From the NCBI RefSeq assembly GCF_003334305.1, contig NZ_QOWS01000017.1: DNA of 64,000 bases. One strand, written 5' to 3'. Below are positions 41,511 through 51,393 of the stretch, piece by piece; the first letter of the stretch is position 1; each line of letters starts with the position of its first letter. Below the pieces are notes generated by a model. The model was not told the origin of the DNA, searched no databases, and was given only the letters and a program-made list of their open reading frames with translations. Source of the stretch: Escherichia coli (GTDB lineage: Bacteria; Pseudomonadota; Gammaproteobacteria; Enterobacterales; Enterobacteriaceae). The position numbers and the translations under genes were made by a program.

Positions 41511-43047
41511 AATAGTCATTAAACCGAATACCTATTTTGATTCTGTCTCGCTGATGTCTATCTCCACGCGTGCAAATAAACTCGACGGCGTCGAGCAGGC
41601 ATTTGTGGCGATGGCGACCGAAATGAACAAAGGTGTACTGAAAAATTTAGGACTGCTGACGCCGGAGCTGGAACAGGCGAAAAACGGCGACCTGATGATT
41701 GTCATCAACGGCAAAGCGGGCGCGGACAACGAACAGTTGCTGGTGGAGATTGAAGAACTGTTCAACACCAAAGCGCAAAGCGGCTCGCATGAGGCGCGTT
41801 ACGCCACTATTGCCAGCGCCAAAAAGCATATCCCGGAAAGTAACCTGGCGGTGATTTCGGTCAACGGTCTGTTTGCCGCTCGCGAAGCGCGTCAGGCGCT
41901 GCAAAACGATCTCAACGTGATGCTGTTTTCCGATAACGTCTCAGTTGAAGATGAATTGGCGCTCAAGCAACTGGCCCACGAAAAAGGGCTGCTGATGATG
42001 GGGCCAGACTGTGGCACGGCGATTATTAACGGCGCGGCGCTCTGTTTTGGTAACGCCGTGCGTCGCGGCAACATCGGTATTGTTGGCGCATCCGGCACCG
42101 GCAGCCAGGAGCTGAGCGTCCGCATTCATGAATTTGGCGGCGGCGTTTCGCAACTGATTGGCACCGGCGGGCGCGACCTGAGCGAGAAAATCGGCGGCCT
42201 GATGATGCTCGACGCCATCGGCATGCTGGAAAACGATCCGCAAACTGAAATCATTGTGCTTATCTCCAAACCGCCCGCGCCTGCGGTGGCCCGCAAAGTG
42301 CTGGAACGCGCGCGCGCCTGCCGCAAGCCGGTGGTGGTCTGTTTCCTCGGTCGTGGCGAAACGCCAGTGGATGAGCAGGGGCTACAGTTTGCCCGCGGCA
42401 GCAAAGAGGCGGCATTGAAAGCGGTGATGCTCTCCGGCGTGAAACAGGAACATCTCGACCTGCATACGCTGAACCAGCCGTTGATTGCTGACGTACGTGC
42501 TCGCCTGCAACCGCAGCAGAAGTACATTCGTGGCCTGTTCTGTGGCGGCACGCTGTGTGACGAAACCATGTTCGCGGTGATGGAAAAACACGGCGATGTC
42601 TACAGCAACATTCAGCCCGATCCGGAATTCCGCCTGCAAGATATCAACCGTAGCATCAAACACACCTTCCTCGACTTTGGCGATGACGACTTCACCAACG
42701 GCAAGCCGCATCCAATGATTGACCCCACCAACCGCATCAGTCGCTTGATCGAAGAGGCGCGCGATCCAGAAGTGGCGGTGATCGTGATGGATTTTGTGCT
42801 CGGATTTGGATCGCATGAAGATCCGGTCGGCTCCACCATTGAGGCGATCAAAGAAGCGAAAGCGATCGCCGCTGCCGAAGGCCGTGAGTTGATCATTCTC
42901 GCCTATGTGCTGGGCACCGATCTTGATACGCCATCATTAGAACAACAAAGCCAGATGCTGCTTGATGCCGGAGTGATTCTGGCGAGCAGCAGCACCAATA
43001 CCGGATTGCTGGCGCGTGAATTTATCTGCAAAGGGGAGGAAGCCTGA
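41500..43047 (+). CDS. yahF: YahF, FdrA-like protein with succinyl-CoA-synthetase-alpha-like CoA-binding fold, 515 aa
   Basis: 515-aa ORF with Gly-rich nucleotide/CoA-binding segments (GIVGASGTGSQE, MMGPDCGT); family assignment from recalled annotation. Confidence 0.85.
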   Translation: MSVKIVIKPNTYFDSVSLMSISTRANKLDGVEQAFVAMATEMNKGVLKNLGLLTPELEQAKNGDLMIVINGKAGADNEQLLVEIEELFNTKAQSGSHEARYATIASAKKHIPESNLAVISVNGLFAAREARQALQNDLNVMLFSDNVSVEDELALKQLAHEKGLLMMGPDCGTAIINGAALCFGNAVRRGNIGIVGASGTGSQELSVRIHEFGGGVSQLIGTGGRDLSEKIGGLMMLDAIGMLENDPQTEIIVLISKPPAPAVARKVLERARACRKPVVVCFLGRGETPVDEQGLQFARGSKEAALKAVMLSGVKQEHLDLHTLNQPLIADVRARLQPQQKYIRGLFCGGTLCDETMFAVMEKHGDVYSNIQPDPEFRLQDINRSIKHTFLDFGDDDFTNGKPHPMIDPTNRISRLIEEARDPEVAVIVMDFVLGFGSHEDPVGSTIEAIKEAKAIAAAEGRELIILAYVLGTDLDTPSLEQQSQMLLDAGVILASSSTNTGLLAREFICKGEEA

Positions 43048-44465
43048 TGAGCCAGTCACTGTTTAGCCAACCATTGAACGTTATTAACGTCGGCATCGCC
43101 ATGTTTAGCGATGATCTGAAAAAGCAGCATGTAGAAGTGACTCAACTCGACTGGACGCCGCCGGGGCAGGGCAATATGCAGGTGGTGCAGGCGCTGGATA
43201 ACATTGCCGATTCGCCGCTGGCAGACAAAATCGCCGCCGCTAACCAGCAGGCGCTGGAGCGCATTATCCAGTCGCATCCGGTGCTGATTGGTTTTGATCA
43301 GGCGATTAACGTGGTGCCGGGCATGACGCCGAAAACCATTCTTCACGCCGGGCCGCCGATCACCTGGGAAAAAATGTGCGGCGCGATGAAAGGCGCGGTC
43401 ACCGGGGCGTTGGTGTTCGAAGGGCTGGCGAAAGATCTCGATGAGGCGACTGAACTGGCGGCCTCCGGGGAGATCACCTTCTCGCCGTGCCACGAACACG
43501 ACTGCGTGGGATCGATGGCGGGCGTTACCTCGGCCTCGATGTTTATGCACATCGTGAAAAACAAAACCTACGGCAACATCGCTTATACCAATATGAGCGA
43601 GCAGATGGCGAAGATTTTGCGTATGGGTGCCAACGATCAGAGCGTGATCGACCGCCTCAACTGGATGCGCGATGTGCAGGGGCCAATGCTGCGCGACGCG
43701 ATGAAAATTATCGGTGAGATCGATCTGCGCTTAATGCTGGCGCAGGCGCTGCATATGGGCGATGAGTGCCATAACCGCAATAACGCCGGGACGACGCTGC
43801 TGATTCAGGCACTGACGCCGGGGATCATTCAGGCAGGCTATTCCGTCGAGCAACAGCGCGAAGTGTTCGAGTTTGTCGCCAGCAGCGACTACTTCTCCGG
43901 CCCGACGTGGATGGCGATGTGTAAAGCGGCGATGGATGCGGCGCACGGCATCGAATACAGCACCGTGGTCACCACCATGGCGCGTAACGGCGTCGAGTTC
44001 GGCCTGCGGGTCAGCGGCCTGCCGGGGCAGTGGTTTACCGGCCCAGCGCAGCAGGTCATCGGCCCGATGTTTGCTGGTTATAAGCCGGAAGATTCGGGGC
44101 TGGATATCGGCGACAGCGCCATCACAGAAACCTACGGTATTGGCGGGTTTGCCATGGCGACCGCGCCTGCAATCGTCGCACTGGTGGGCGGCACGGTGGA
44201 AGAGGCTATCGATTTCTCCCGTCAGATGCGCGAAATCACCCTTGGCGAAAACCCCAACGTCACCATTCCGCTGCTCGGTTTTATGGGCGTGCCGTCGGCA
44301 ATCGACATCACCCGCGTGGGTAGCAGCGGCATTCTGCCGGTGATCAACACCGCCATCGCCCATAAAGATGCGGGCGTCGGCATGATTGGCGCGGGCATTG
44401 TGCATCCACCATTCGCCTGCTTCGAGAAAGCCATTCTCGGCTGGTGCGAACGTTACGGCGTCTGA
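43047..44465 (+). CDS. yahG: YahG (DUF1116-type) protein, 472 aa
   Basis: Start ATG overlaps the yahF stop (ATGA); 472-aa soluble protein; family assignment from recalled annotation. Confidence 0.85.
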   Translation: MSQSLFSQPLNVINVGIAMFSDDLKKQHVEVTQLDWTPPGQGNMQVVQALDNIADSPLADKIAAANQQALERIIQSHPVLIGFDQAINVVPGMTPKTILHAGPPITWEKMCGAMKGAVTGALVFEGLAKDLDEATELAASGEITFSPCHEHDCVGSMAGVTSASMFMHIVKNKTYGNIAYTNMSEQMAKILRMGANDQSVIDRLNWMRDVQGPMLRDAMKIIGEIDLRLMLAQALHMGDECHNRNNAGTTLLIQALTPGIIQAGYSVEQQREVFEFVASSDYFSGPTWMAMCKAAMDAAHGIEYSTVVTTMARNGVEFGLRVSGLPGQWFTGPAQQVIGPMFAGYKPEDSGLDIGDSAITETYGIGGFAMATAPAIVALVGGTVEEAIDFSRQMREITLGENPNVTIPLLGFMGVPSAIDITRVGSSGILPVINTAIAHKDAGVGMIGAGIVHPPFACFEKAILGWCERYGV

Positions 44466-44469
44466 CTTA

Positions 44470-44585
44470 CATGTTTATGCCGGATGCGGTGTGAACGCCT
44501 TATCCGGCCTACGGATGGCCCGAGAATTGTAGGCCTGATAAGCGTAGCGCATCAGGCAGTCTGGCGTTGGTCATAACCTAATCAC
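44470..44585. repeat. REP elements between yahG and yahI
   Basis: Imperfect palindromic units gccggatgcggtg...cttatccggcctac and gtaggcctgataagcgtagcgcatcaggc typical of E. coli REP sequences. Confidence 0.75.
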
Positions 44586-44607
44586 CCTCTGTAGCGGACA
44601 TAACAAC

Positions 44608-45558
44608 ATGAAAGAGCTTGTGGTCGTTGCCATTGGTGGCAACAGCATTATCAAAGATAACGCCAGCCAGTCGATTGAGCATCAGGCGGAGGCGGTGAAA
44701 GCCGTGGCCGATACGGTGCTGGAAATGCTGGCTTCCGATTACGACATTGTGCTGACCCACGGTAACGGGCCGCAGGTCGGGCTGGATTTACGCCGTGCGG
44801 AGATTGCCCACGAGCGCGAAGGGCTGCCCTTAACGCCGCTGGCGAACTGTGTGGCAGATACGCAGGGCGGCATCGGCTATCTGATCCAACAGGCGCTGAA
44901 TAACCGGCTGGCGCGTCACGGCGAGAAAAAAGCCGTCACCGTGGTAACTCAGGTGGAAGTGGATAAAAACGATCCAGGTTTTGCCCATCCCACCAAGCCC
45001 ATTGGTGCATTCTTCAGTGAAAGCCAGCGTGACAAACTACAAAAGGCAAACCCTGACTGGTGTTTTGTTGAAGATGCCGGACGGGGCTATCGCCGCGTGG
45101 TCGCCTCGCCGGAACCGAAACGTATTGTCGAAGCACCCGCCATTAAGGCGCTGATCCAACAAGGTTTTGTCGTAATTGGCGCGGGCGGCGGTGGAATTCC
45201 GGTAGTGCGTACTGAAGCGGGGGATTACCAAAGCGTGGACGCGGTTATTGACAAAGATCTCTCTACCGCGCTGCTGGCCCGTGAAATTCACGCCGACATT
45301 CTGGTGATCACCACCGGCGTCGAAAAAGTCTGTATCCACTTTGGTAAACCGCAGCAGCAGGCGCTGGATCGGGTGGATATTGCCACCATGACTCGCTATA
45401 TGCAGGAAGGGCATTTTCCGCCCGGCAGCATGTTGCCAAAAATCATCGCCAGCCTGACGTTCCTGGAGCAGGGCGGCAAAGAAGTGATTATCACCACGCC
45501 GGAATGCCTGCCTGCGGCGCTGCGCGGTGAAACGGGCACCCATATTATTAAAACGTAA
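44608..45558 (+). CDS. yahI: YahI carbamate kinase-like protein, 316 aa
   Basis: Amino-acid kinase family motifs (VVAIGGNSI, THGNGPQVG, FVVIGAGGGGIPV). Confidence 0.85.
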   Translation: MKELVVVAIGGNSIIKDNASQSIEHQAEAVKAVADTVLEMLASDYDIVLTHGNGPQVGLDLRRAEIAHEREGLPLTPLANCVADTQGGIGYLIQQALNNRLARHGEKKAVTVVTQVEVDKNDPGFAHPTKPIGAFFSESQRDKLQKANPDWCFVEDAGRGYRRVVASPEPKRIVEAPAIKALIQQGFVVIGAGGGGIPVVRTEAGDYQSVDAVIDKDLSTALLAREIHADILVITTGVEKVCIHFGKPQQQALDRVDIATMTRYMQEGHFPPGSMLPKIIASLTFLEQGGKEVIITTPECLPAALRGETGTHIIKT

Positions 45559-45567
45559 GGACGTAGG

Positions 45568-46950
45568 ATGAAAGAAAGCAATAGCCGCCGTGAATTTCTG
45601 AGCCAGAGCGGTAAGATGGTCACCGCCGCCGCGCTGTTTGGTACCTCTGTGCCGCTCGCCCATGCGGCGGTAGCTGGCACCCTAAACTGCGAAGCGAACA
45701 ACACCATGAAAATCACTGACCCGCATTACTATCTCGATAACGTGCTGCTGGAAACCGGTTTTGACTACGAAAACGGTGTGGCGGTGCAGACCCGCACGGC
45801 GCGCCAGACCGTGGAGATTCAGGACGGCAAAATTGTCGCCCTGCGCGAGAACAAGCAGCATCCGGACGCCACGCTGCCGCACTATGACGCTGGCGGTAAG
45901 TTGATGCTACCCACCACTCGCGACATGCATATTCATCTCGACAAAACCTTCTACGGCGGGCCGTGGCGCTCGCTCAATCGTCCGGCAGGCACCACTATCC
46001 AGGACATGATCAAACTCGAGCAGAAAATGCTGCCGGAGTTACAACCGTATACGCAGGAGCGGGCGGAAAAACTGATCGATCTATTGCAGTCGAAAGGCAC
46101 CACCATTGCCCGCAGCCACTGCAATATCGAACCGGTTTCCGGCCTAAAAAATCTGCAAAATTTGCAGGCGGTGCTGGCGCGGCGTCAGGCGGGCTTCGAG
46201 TGTGAAATCGTCGCCTTCCCGCAGCACGGTTTGCTGCTGTCGAAATCGGAACCCTTAATGCGCGAAGCGATGCAGGCGGGTGCGCATTACGTCGGCGGGC
46301 TGGACCCGACCAGTGTTGATGGCGCGATGGAAAAATCCCTCGACACCATGTTTCAGATTGCGCTGGACTACGACAAAGGTGTCGATATTCACCTGCACGA
46401 AACCACTCCGTCGGGCGTGGCAGCCATCAATTATATGGTTGAAACGGTAGAGAAAACGCCGCAACTGAAAGGTAAGTTGACCATCAGCCACGCCTTTGCG
46501 CTGGCTACGCTCAACGAACAACAGGTCGATGCGCTGGCGAATCGGATGGCGGCGCAGCGAATTTCTATCGCCTCGACGGTGCCGATTGGCACGCTGCATA
46601 TGCCGCTCAAACAGTTGCACGACAAAGGCGTAAAAGTGATGACTGGCACTGACAGCGTTATCGACCACTGGTCGCCTTATGGTCTGGGCGACATGCTGGA
46701 AAAAGCCAATCTCTACGCGCAGCTCTATATTCGTCCTAACGAACAGAACCTCTCCCGTTCGCTGTTTCTAGCCACTGGCGATGTATTGCCGCTGAATGAA
46801 AAAGGCGAGCGTGTATGGCCAAAAGCGCAGGATGATGCCAGCTTTGTGCTGGTGGACGCCTCCTGTTCCGCCGAGGCGGTGGCGCGTATCTCGCCGAGAA
46901 CCGCAACGTTCCATAAAGGGCAACTGGTGTGGGGGAGTGTGGCAGGTTGA
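45568..46950 (+). CDS. yahJ: YahJ amidohydrolase-superfamily deaminase with twin-arginine (Tat) signal peptide, 460 aa
   Basis: N-terminal SRREFLSQSGKMVTAAALFGTSVPLAHA Tat-type signal; metal-dependent amidohydrolase motifs (HIHLDKT, DIHLHET). Confidence 0.85.
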   Translation: MKESNSRREFLSQSGKMVTAAALFGTSVPLAHAAVAGTLNCEANNTMKITDPHYYLDNVLLETGFDYENGVAVQTRTARQTVEIQDGKIVALRENKQHPDATLPHYDAGGKLMLPTTRDMHIHLDKTFYGGPWRSLNRPAGTTIQDMIKLEQKMLPELQPYTQERAEKLIDLLQSKGTTIARSHCNIEPVSGLKNLQNLQAVLARRQAGFECEIVAFPQHGLLLSKSEPLMREAMQAGAHYVGGLDPTSVDGAMEKSLDTMFQIALDYDKGVDIHLHETTPSGVAAINYMVETVEKTPQLKGKLTISHAFALATLNEQQVDALANRMAAQRISIASTVPIGTLHMPLKQLHDKGVKVMTGTDSVIDHWSPYGLGDMLEKANLYAQLYIRPNEQNLSRSLFLATGDVLPLNEKGERVWPKAQDDASFVLVDASCSAEAVARISPRTATFHKGQLVWGSVAG

Positions 46951-47248
46951 TGCGCATTTGAAACGCCTGCAACGGTGAATTGTAAGAGATTTAAGCCCCA
47001 GGGAGTGGGGCGGGAATGGTTTGCTAATGAATGATCCTGAACTTTATAATCTCGCGGCATAATTTCCAGGGGATTATTTGAGAGAAATACACAAAAGTGA
47101 GTTTTAACAAAGGTATTTATCAGGCCATAAATGTGACCTGCTTCGGATAAAAAAGATTCAGTATCGAAAAACCAATGATACTCTTGCTGATGGTTACCAA
47201 CAGTAATTAAGATGTGATTTGTTTTTCCGTAATCGCAAAAATATTGCC

Positions 47249-47659
47249 ATGACCATAAAAGAAAAATTCTCACAAAAATATCCCCATGCTTCCTTTTGTA
47301 CTTTTGGCGATTCAGCAGCGTTGGCCGATCACCTCGCAACGTTGATTGCGACTGGTGTTAAAACAGCTTCCTGTGGTTCGCTGGCGGGATGTATTGAAGA
47401 CAACGCATTTCCGATGATTGGTGAGTATAAGATTGTAGAAAATAGCCGTGGTGAGCCTGTATGTGTTATCAGAGTGATTGGCCTGCATTTACTGCGCTTT
47501 TCTGATGTCACCGTGGAGCTTGCCCGTAAGGAAGGTGAAGGTGACCTCAGTCTTGAATATTGGCGTAATGAACACCGTCGTTTTTTCCAGGCAGAAGGAA
47601 GCTATTCACCAGAAATGGACGTTATATTTGAAGAATATGCCCTTATTGACGTTGTGTAG
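47249..47659 (+). CDS. ASCH-domain protein (about 136 aa)
   Basis: Small beta-barrel ASCH-like protein; start chosen at MTIKEKF, though the track ORF begins 10 codons earlier. Confidence 0.55.
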   Translation: MTIKEKFSQKYPHASFCTFGDSAALADHLATLIATGVKTASCGSLAGCIEDNAFPMIGEYKIVENSRGEPVCVIRVIGLHLLRFSDVTVELARKEGEGDLSLEYWRNEHRRFFQAEGSYSPEMDVIFEEYALIDVV

Positions 47660-47909
47660 ATAACTATTTATCTACGCGAAATAAACTCACACACATAAAA
47701 TATCGCTAATTTTGTTTATTTTGCTATTTTTTACGTGATGAATGTCACACTTATTGTTGCTGCCCGTTTTGTCCATATTTATAACCATATTTTTAATAGC
47801 TGCCTGAAATAGGGCTGTTTATTCTGCATAAAAATATTCGAAAATTCTTATTCTCTCCAGCGCGCTAATTTGGGCGAACACTTCCTGACTACCCTGCAAT
47901 GAGGCTGAA

Positions 47910-48896
47910 ATGATGAATAAACGTTTTGTTATCAATATGGTGTCTTCGCTGTTATTAGGCGCTGCGCTAATTTCTGCGCCGCTCCAGGCAGCGGAAAAAG
48001 TCGTGGTGAATATCTCTAAAGTCGATGGTATGCCGTGGTTTAATCGCATGGGCGAAGGTGTGGTTGAGGCGGGTAACGCCTTTGGTGTTAATGCGTCACA
48101 GGTGGGGCCTTCAAGTACTGATGCTCCGCAACAAGTTAAAATTATTGAGGATTTAATCGCCCGTAAGGTTAATGCAATTACTATCGTGCCAAACGATGCC
48201 AACGTGCTGGAACCGGTATTCAAAAAAGCGCGAGATGCCGGAATTGTGGTTCTGACCAACGAATCCCCCGGTCAGCCAAGTGCTAACTGGGATATCGAAA
48301 TCATTGATAACGAAAAATTTGCCGCTGAATATGTTGAGCATATGGCGAAACGCATGGGGGGCAAGGGCGGCTATGTGATTTACGTGGGTAGTTTGACCGT
48401 GCCGCAGCATAACTTATGGGCTGACTTGCTGGTGAAATACCAGAAAGAGCATTACCCGGATATGCATGAAGTTACCCGCCGCATGCCGGTTGCCGAGAGT
48501 GTGGATGACTCACGTCGTACCACACTGGACCTGATGAAAACCTATCCTGACTTGAAAGCGGTTGTCTCCTTTGGTTCAAACGGTCCGATTGGCGCGGGAC
48601 GTGCGGTGAAAGAGAAACGGGCGAAAAATAAAGTCGCAGTCTATGGCATGATGATCCCTTCACAGGCGGCATCACTGATTAAAAGTGGTGATATCACCGA
48701 AGGGATTACTTACGATCCGGCCTCTGCAGGTTACGCACTCGCAGCCGTCGCCAGCACGTTGCTGAAGGGTGAAGAGATCAAACCTGGATTAGAAATGCAG
48801 AATCTGGGTAAGGCCGACGTAGATATGGATAAGCGAATTATCCGTTTCCATAAGGTATTACTGGTCAACAAAGACAATATCGACTCACTTTATTAA
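47910..48896 (+). CDS. ABC transporter periplasmic substrate-binding protein, LsrB/RbsB-like
   Basis: Signal peptide (…LLLGAALISAPLQA) and periplasmic binding protein type I features (NAITIVPND, DAGIVVLTNESP, VVSFGSNGPIGAGRAV). Confidence 0.75.
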   Translation: MMNKRFVINMVSSLLLGAALISAPLQAAEKVVVNISKVDGMPWFNRMGEGVVEAGNAFGVNASQVGPSSTDAPQQVKIIEDLIARKVNAITIVPNDANVLEPVFKKARDAGIVVLTNESPGQPSANWDIEIIDNEKFAAEYVEHMAKRMGGKGGYVIYVGSLTVPQHNLWADLLVKYQKEHYPDMHEVTRRMPVAESVDDSRRTTLDLMKTYPDLKAVVSFGSNGPIGAGRAVKEKRAKNKVAVYGMMIPSQAASLIKSGDITEGITYDPASAGYALAAVASTLLKGEEIKPGLEMQNLGKADVDMDKRIIRFHKVLLVNKDNIDSLY

Positions 48897-48929
48897 TCCA
48901 TTTCTTCGGGGCGAAAGCCCCGATTCTTA

Positions 48930-50429
48930 TTGCCAGGGGATGTTATGGAAACTTTCCTTTCCCTTCGTCATATCAACAAAACGTTTCATGCCACGCGAGC
49001 GCTGCGCGATGTTTCTCTCGACTTTATGTCGGGTGAAGTGCACTGCCTTGCCGGGCAAAACGGCTGTGGTAAATCGACGTTGATTAAAATTATGTCCGGT
49101 GTTTATCGCCCGGATGAGGGAGCGGAAATTACGCTTGGTGGGAAAAACTGGTCAAAGCTGACACCCGCCGCTTCGGTGGCGCAGGGGATTCAGGTGATTT
49201 ATCAGGACCTCTCTTTATTTCCTAACCTGAGTGTCTGGGAGAATATCGCCGTGAATCACTATCACCACGGTCTGTTTGTTAACCGCCGTCGTCTGCGTGA
49301 GGTGGCGCAGGCGGCAATGACCAGTATTAACGTCACATTGCCACTGGATACACTCGTTTCTGAGCTTTCAATTGCCCGCTGTCAGCTGGTAGCAATTTGC
49401 CGTGCACTGGCGCAGGACGCACGGTTGATCGTGATGGATGAACCAACCGCTTCGCTGACCCATCAGGAAGTGCAAGGGTTATTACAGGTGGTGCATCAAT
49501 TGCGGGAACGCGGGATCTGCGTGGTCTTCGTCAGTCATCGTCTGGAAGAAGTGATGGAAGTTTCCGACCGTATTTCAGTGCTGAAAGATGGTGAGCTGGT
49601 CGGGACTTTTCCGGCTGCAGAGATGACCACAAAACAACTCGGTTTCCTGATGACCGGCCAGGAGTTCGAATATCAGGTGCGAGAGTTGTGGCAGGGAAAA
49701 TCCAGCACCCCGGTGCTTGAGGTGCGTAATTTAAGTCGTCATGGGGAATATCTAAATATTAACTTGCGGGTGGAAGCGGGCGAAGTGGTATCGATTGTTG
49801 GCCTGCTTGGTGCGGGGCGCACGGAATTATGTCTGAGTCTGTTTGGTATGACCCGACCGGATGCTGGCGAGATCCTCATCAACGGCCAGCCGGTTACACT
49901 GCATAGTAACCAGGACGCTATCCGCCACGGTATTGGTTATGTTTCGGAAGATCGCATGTCGCGCGGTTTGGTGATGGCGCAATCTATTGAAGACAACATC
50001 ATTAGCACTGTTTTTCACAAGGTAAAAGATCGCTTCGGCTTTCTGAGTGAAACTAAAGTTCGTGACCTGGTGGACAGGCTAATCAAGGCATTGACCATCA
50101 AAGTCTCTGATCCTCATCTTCCGGTGAATACGCTTTCTGGTGGTAACGCGCAGCGAGTATCGATCGCCAAATGGCTGGCGATTGGGCCACGACTGTTGAT
50201 TCTCGATAGCCCGACAGTCGGTGTTGATATCGCCAACAAAGCAGGAATATACGGCATTATCAGCGATCTGGCGGCTCATGGCATTGCGGTATTGATGATC
50301 TGCGATGAAATTGAAGAAGCGTGGTATCAAAGCCACCGGATTTTGGTAATGCAAAAAGGTCAGATCACCCATAGCTTCCTGCCTGACAGCAGTTCTCAGG
50401 CCAGGATTGCGGAGGTGGTAAATGGCTGA
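48930..50429 (+). CDS. ABC transporter ATP-binding protein with two fused ATPase domains (LsrA/RbsA-like)
   Basis: Walker A GQNGCGKST, ABC signature LSGGNAQRV, and a second degenerate nucleotide-binding domain; start may be the Met at 48945. Confidence 0.8.
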   Translation: MPGDVMETFLSLRHINKTFHATRALRDVSLDFMSGEVHCLAGQNGCGKSTLIKIMSGVYRPDEGAEITLGGKNWSKLTPAASVAQGIQVIYQDLSLFPNLSVWENIAVNHYHHGLFVNRRRLREVAQAAMTSINVTLPLDTLVSELSIARCQLVAICRALAQDARLIVMDEPTASLTHQEVQGLLQVVHQLRERGICVVFVSHRLEEVMEVSDRISVLKDGELVGTFPAAEMTTKQLGFLMTGQEFEYQVRELWQGKSSTPVLEVRNLSRHGEYLNINLRVEAGEVVSIVGLLGAGRTELCLSLFGMTRPDAGEILINGQPVTLHSNQDAIRHGIGYVSEDRMSRGLVMAQSIEDNIISTVFHKVKDRFGFLSETKVRDLVDRLIKALTIKVSDPHLPVNTLSGGNAQRVSIAKWLAIGPRLLILDSPTVGVDIANKAGIYGIISDLAAHGIAVLMICDEIEEAWYQSHRILVMQKGQITHSFLPDSSSQARIAEVVNG

Positions 50430-51393
50430 ACTGAAAAAACGCCATGAATTCTGGCTGGCATTACTGATTGTGGTGCTGTTTGTTGGCCTTGCCTGGCGCA
50501 GCGACGAGTTTCTGACATTCGGTAATTTGTACGATCTCGCCAATAACTATGCCATGTTGACTATTCTCGCCTGTGGTTTGTTTGTGGTGTTGATTTCCGG
50601 TGGAATTGATATTTCGTTTCCAGCAATGACCATCATTGCGCAATACGGCATGGTGCTGTTGCTGCAAAAAATTGGTGGCAACTTCGCTGTCGCGTTTGCA
50701 CTGGCGGGCTGCATCGGCATTTTACTTGGCTTAATTAACGCCTTACTGGTTAATCGCCTACGGGTGCCTTCTATCATCATCACTATCTCGACGCTGAATA
50801 TTTTCTATGGCCTGCTGTTATGGTTGAGTAAAGGTGTGTGGCTGTACGACTTTCCGCCGTGGTTTGAGCAGGGGGTTATGTTGTTCAAGTACACCGATGC
50901 TGATGGCTATGACTATGGCCTTGGTCTGCCGCTGATCGCCATGATTACGGTGGTGCTGCTAACAGCGTTTATCATGAATTTCACCAGTGTAGGGCGCAAA
51001 ATTTATGCCCTTGGCGGGAACCGCGAATCAGCCAGTCGCATCGGCTTTAGCGTGCTGAAACTGCAACTTTTCGTCTATGGCTATATGGGATTGATGTCTG
51101 GCGCTGCGGGTGTAGTGCAGTCGTGGACGGTGATGACTGTCGCCCCCGATTCTCTTCTGGGTTATGAGCTGACAGTACTGGCTGCGGTGGTGCTTGGCGG
51201 CACTAGTTTGCTCGGCGGGCGCGGCACGTTAACCGGTACTTTGCTCGGCGTGGTGTTGTTGGCAGTGATGCAAAACGGGCTAAATTTATTGGGAGTCTCG
51301 TCTTACTGGCAAACATTGATCACCGGCATCATCATCGTTGCCAGCATTAGTGCCACGGCGTGGAGTCAGCATCAGAACCGGAGTCTGCTATGA
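50422..51393 (+). CDS. ABC transporter permease 1 (LsrC/RbsC-like)
   Basis: Polytopic membrane protein; overlaps the end of the ATPase gene. Confidence 0.8.
   Translation: MAELKKRHEFWLALLIVVLFVGLAWRSDEFLTFGNLYDLANNYAMLTILACGLFVVLISGGIDISFPAMTIIAQYGMVLLLQKIGGNFAVAFALAGCIGILLGLINALLVNRLRVPSIIITISTLNIFYGLLLWLSKGVWLYDFPPWFEQGVMLFKYTDADGYDYGLGLPLIAMITVVLLTAFIMNFTSVGRKIYALGGNRESASRIGFSVLKLQLFVYGYMGLMSGAAGVVQSWTVMTVAPDSLLGYELTVLAAVVLGGTSLLGGRGTLTGTLLGVVLLAVMQNGLNLLGVSSYWQTLITGIIIVASISATAWSQHQNRSLL

Noticed and set aside
44222-44600. Small ORFs in the yahG–yahI spacer (the K-12 'yahH' position)
   Set aside because: The region is made up of REP palindromic units; the ORFs are most likely spurious.
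41532-46668. Numerous antisense or alternative-frame ORFs across yahF, yahG, yahI and yahJ (for example 43731-44405, 45037-45663)
   Set aside because: Overlap established coding sequences in an alternative frame and have Arg/His-rich composition typical of out-of-frame translation.
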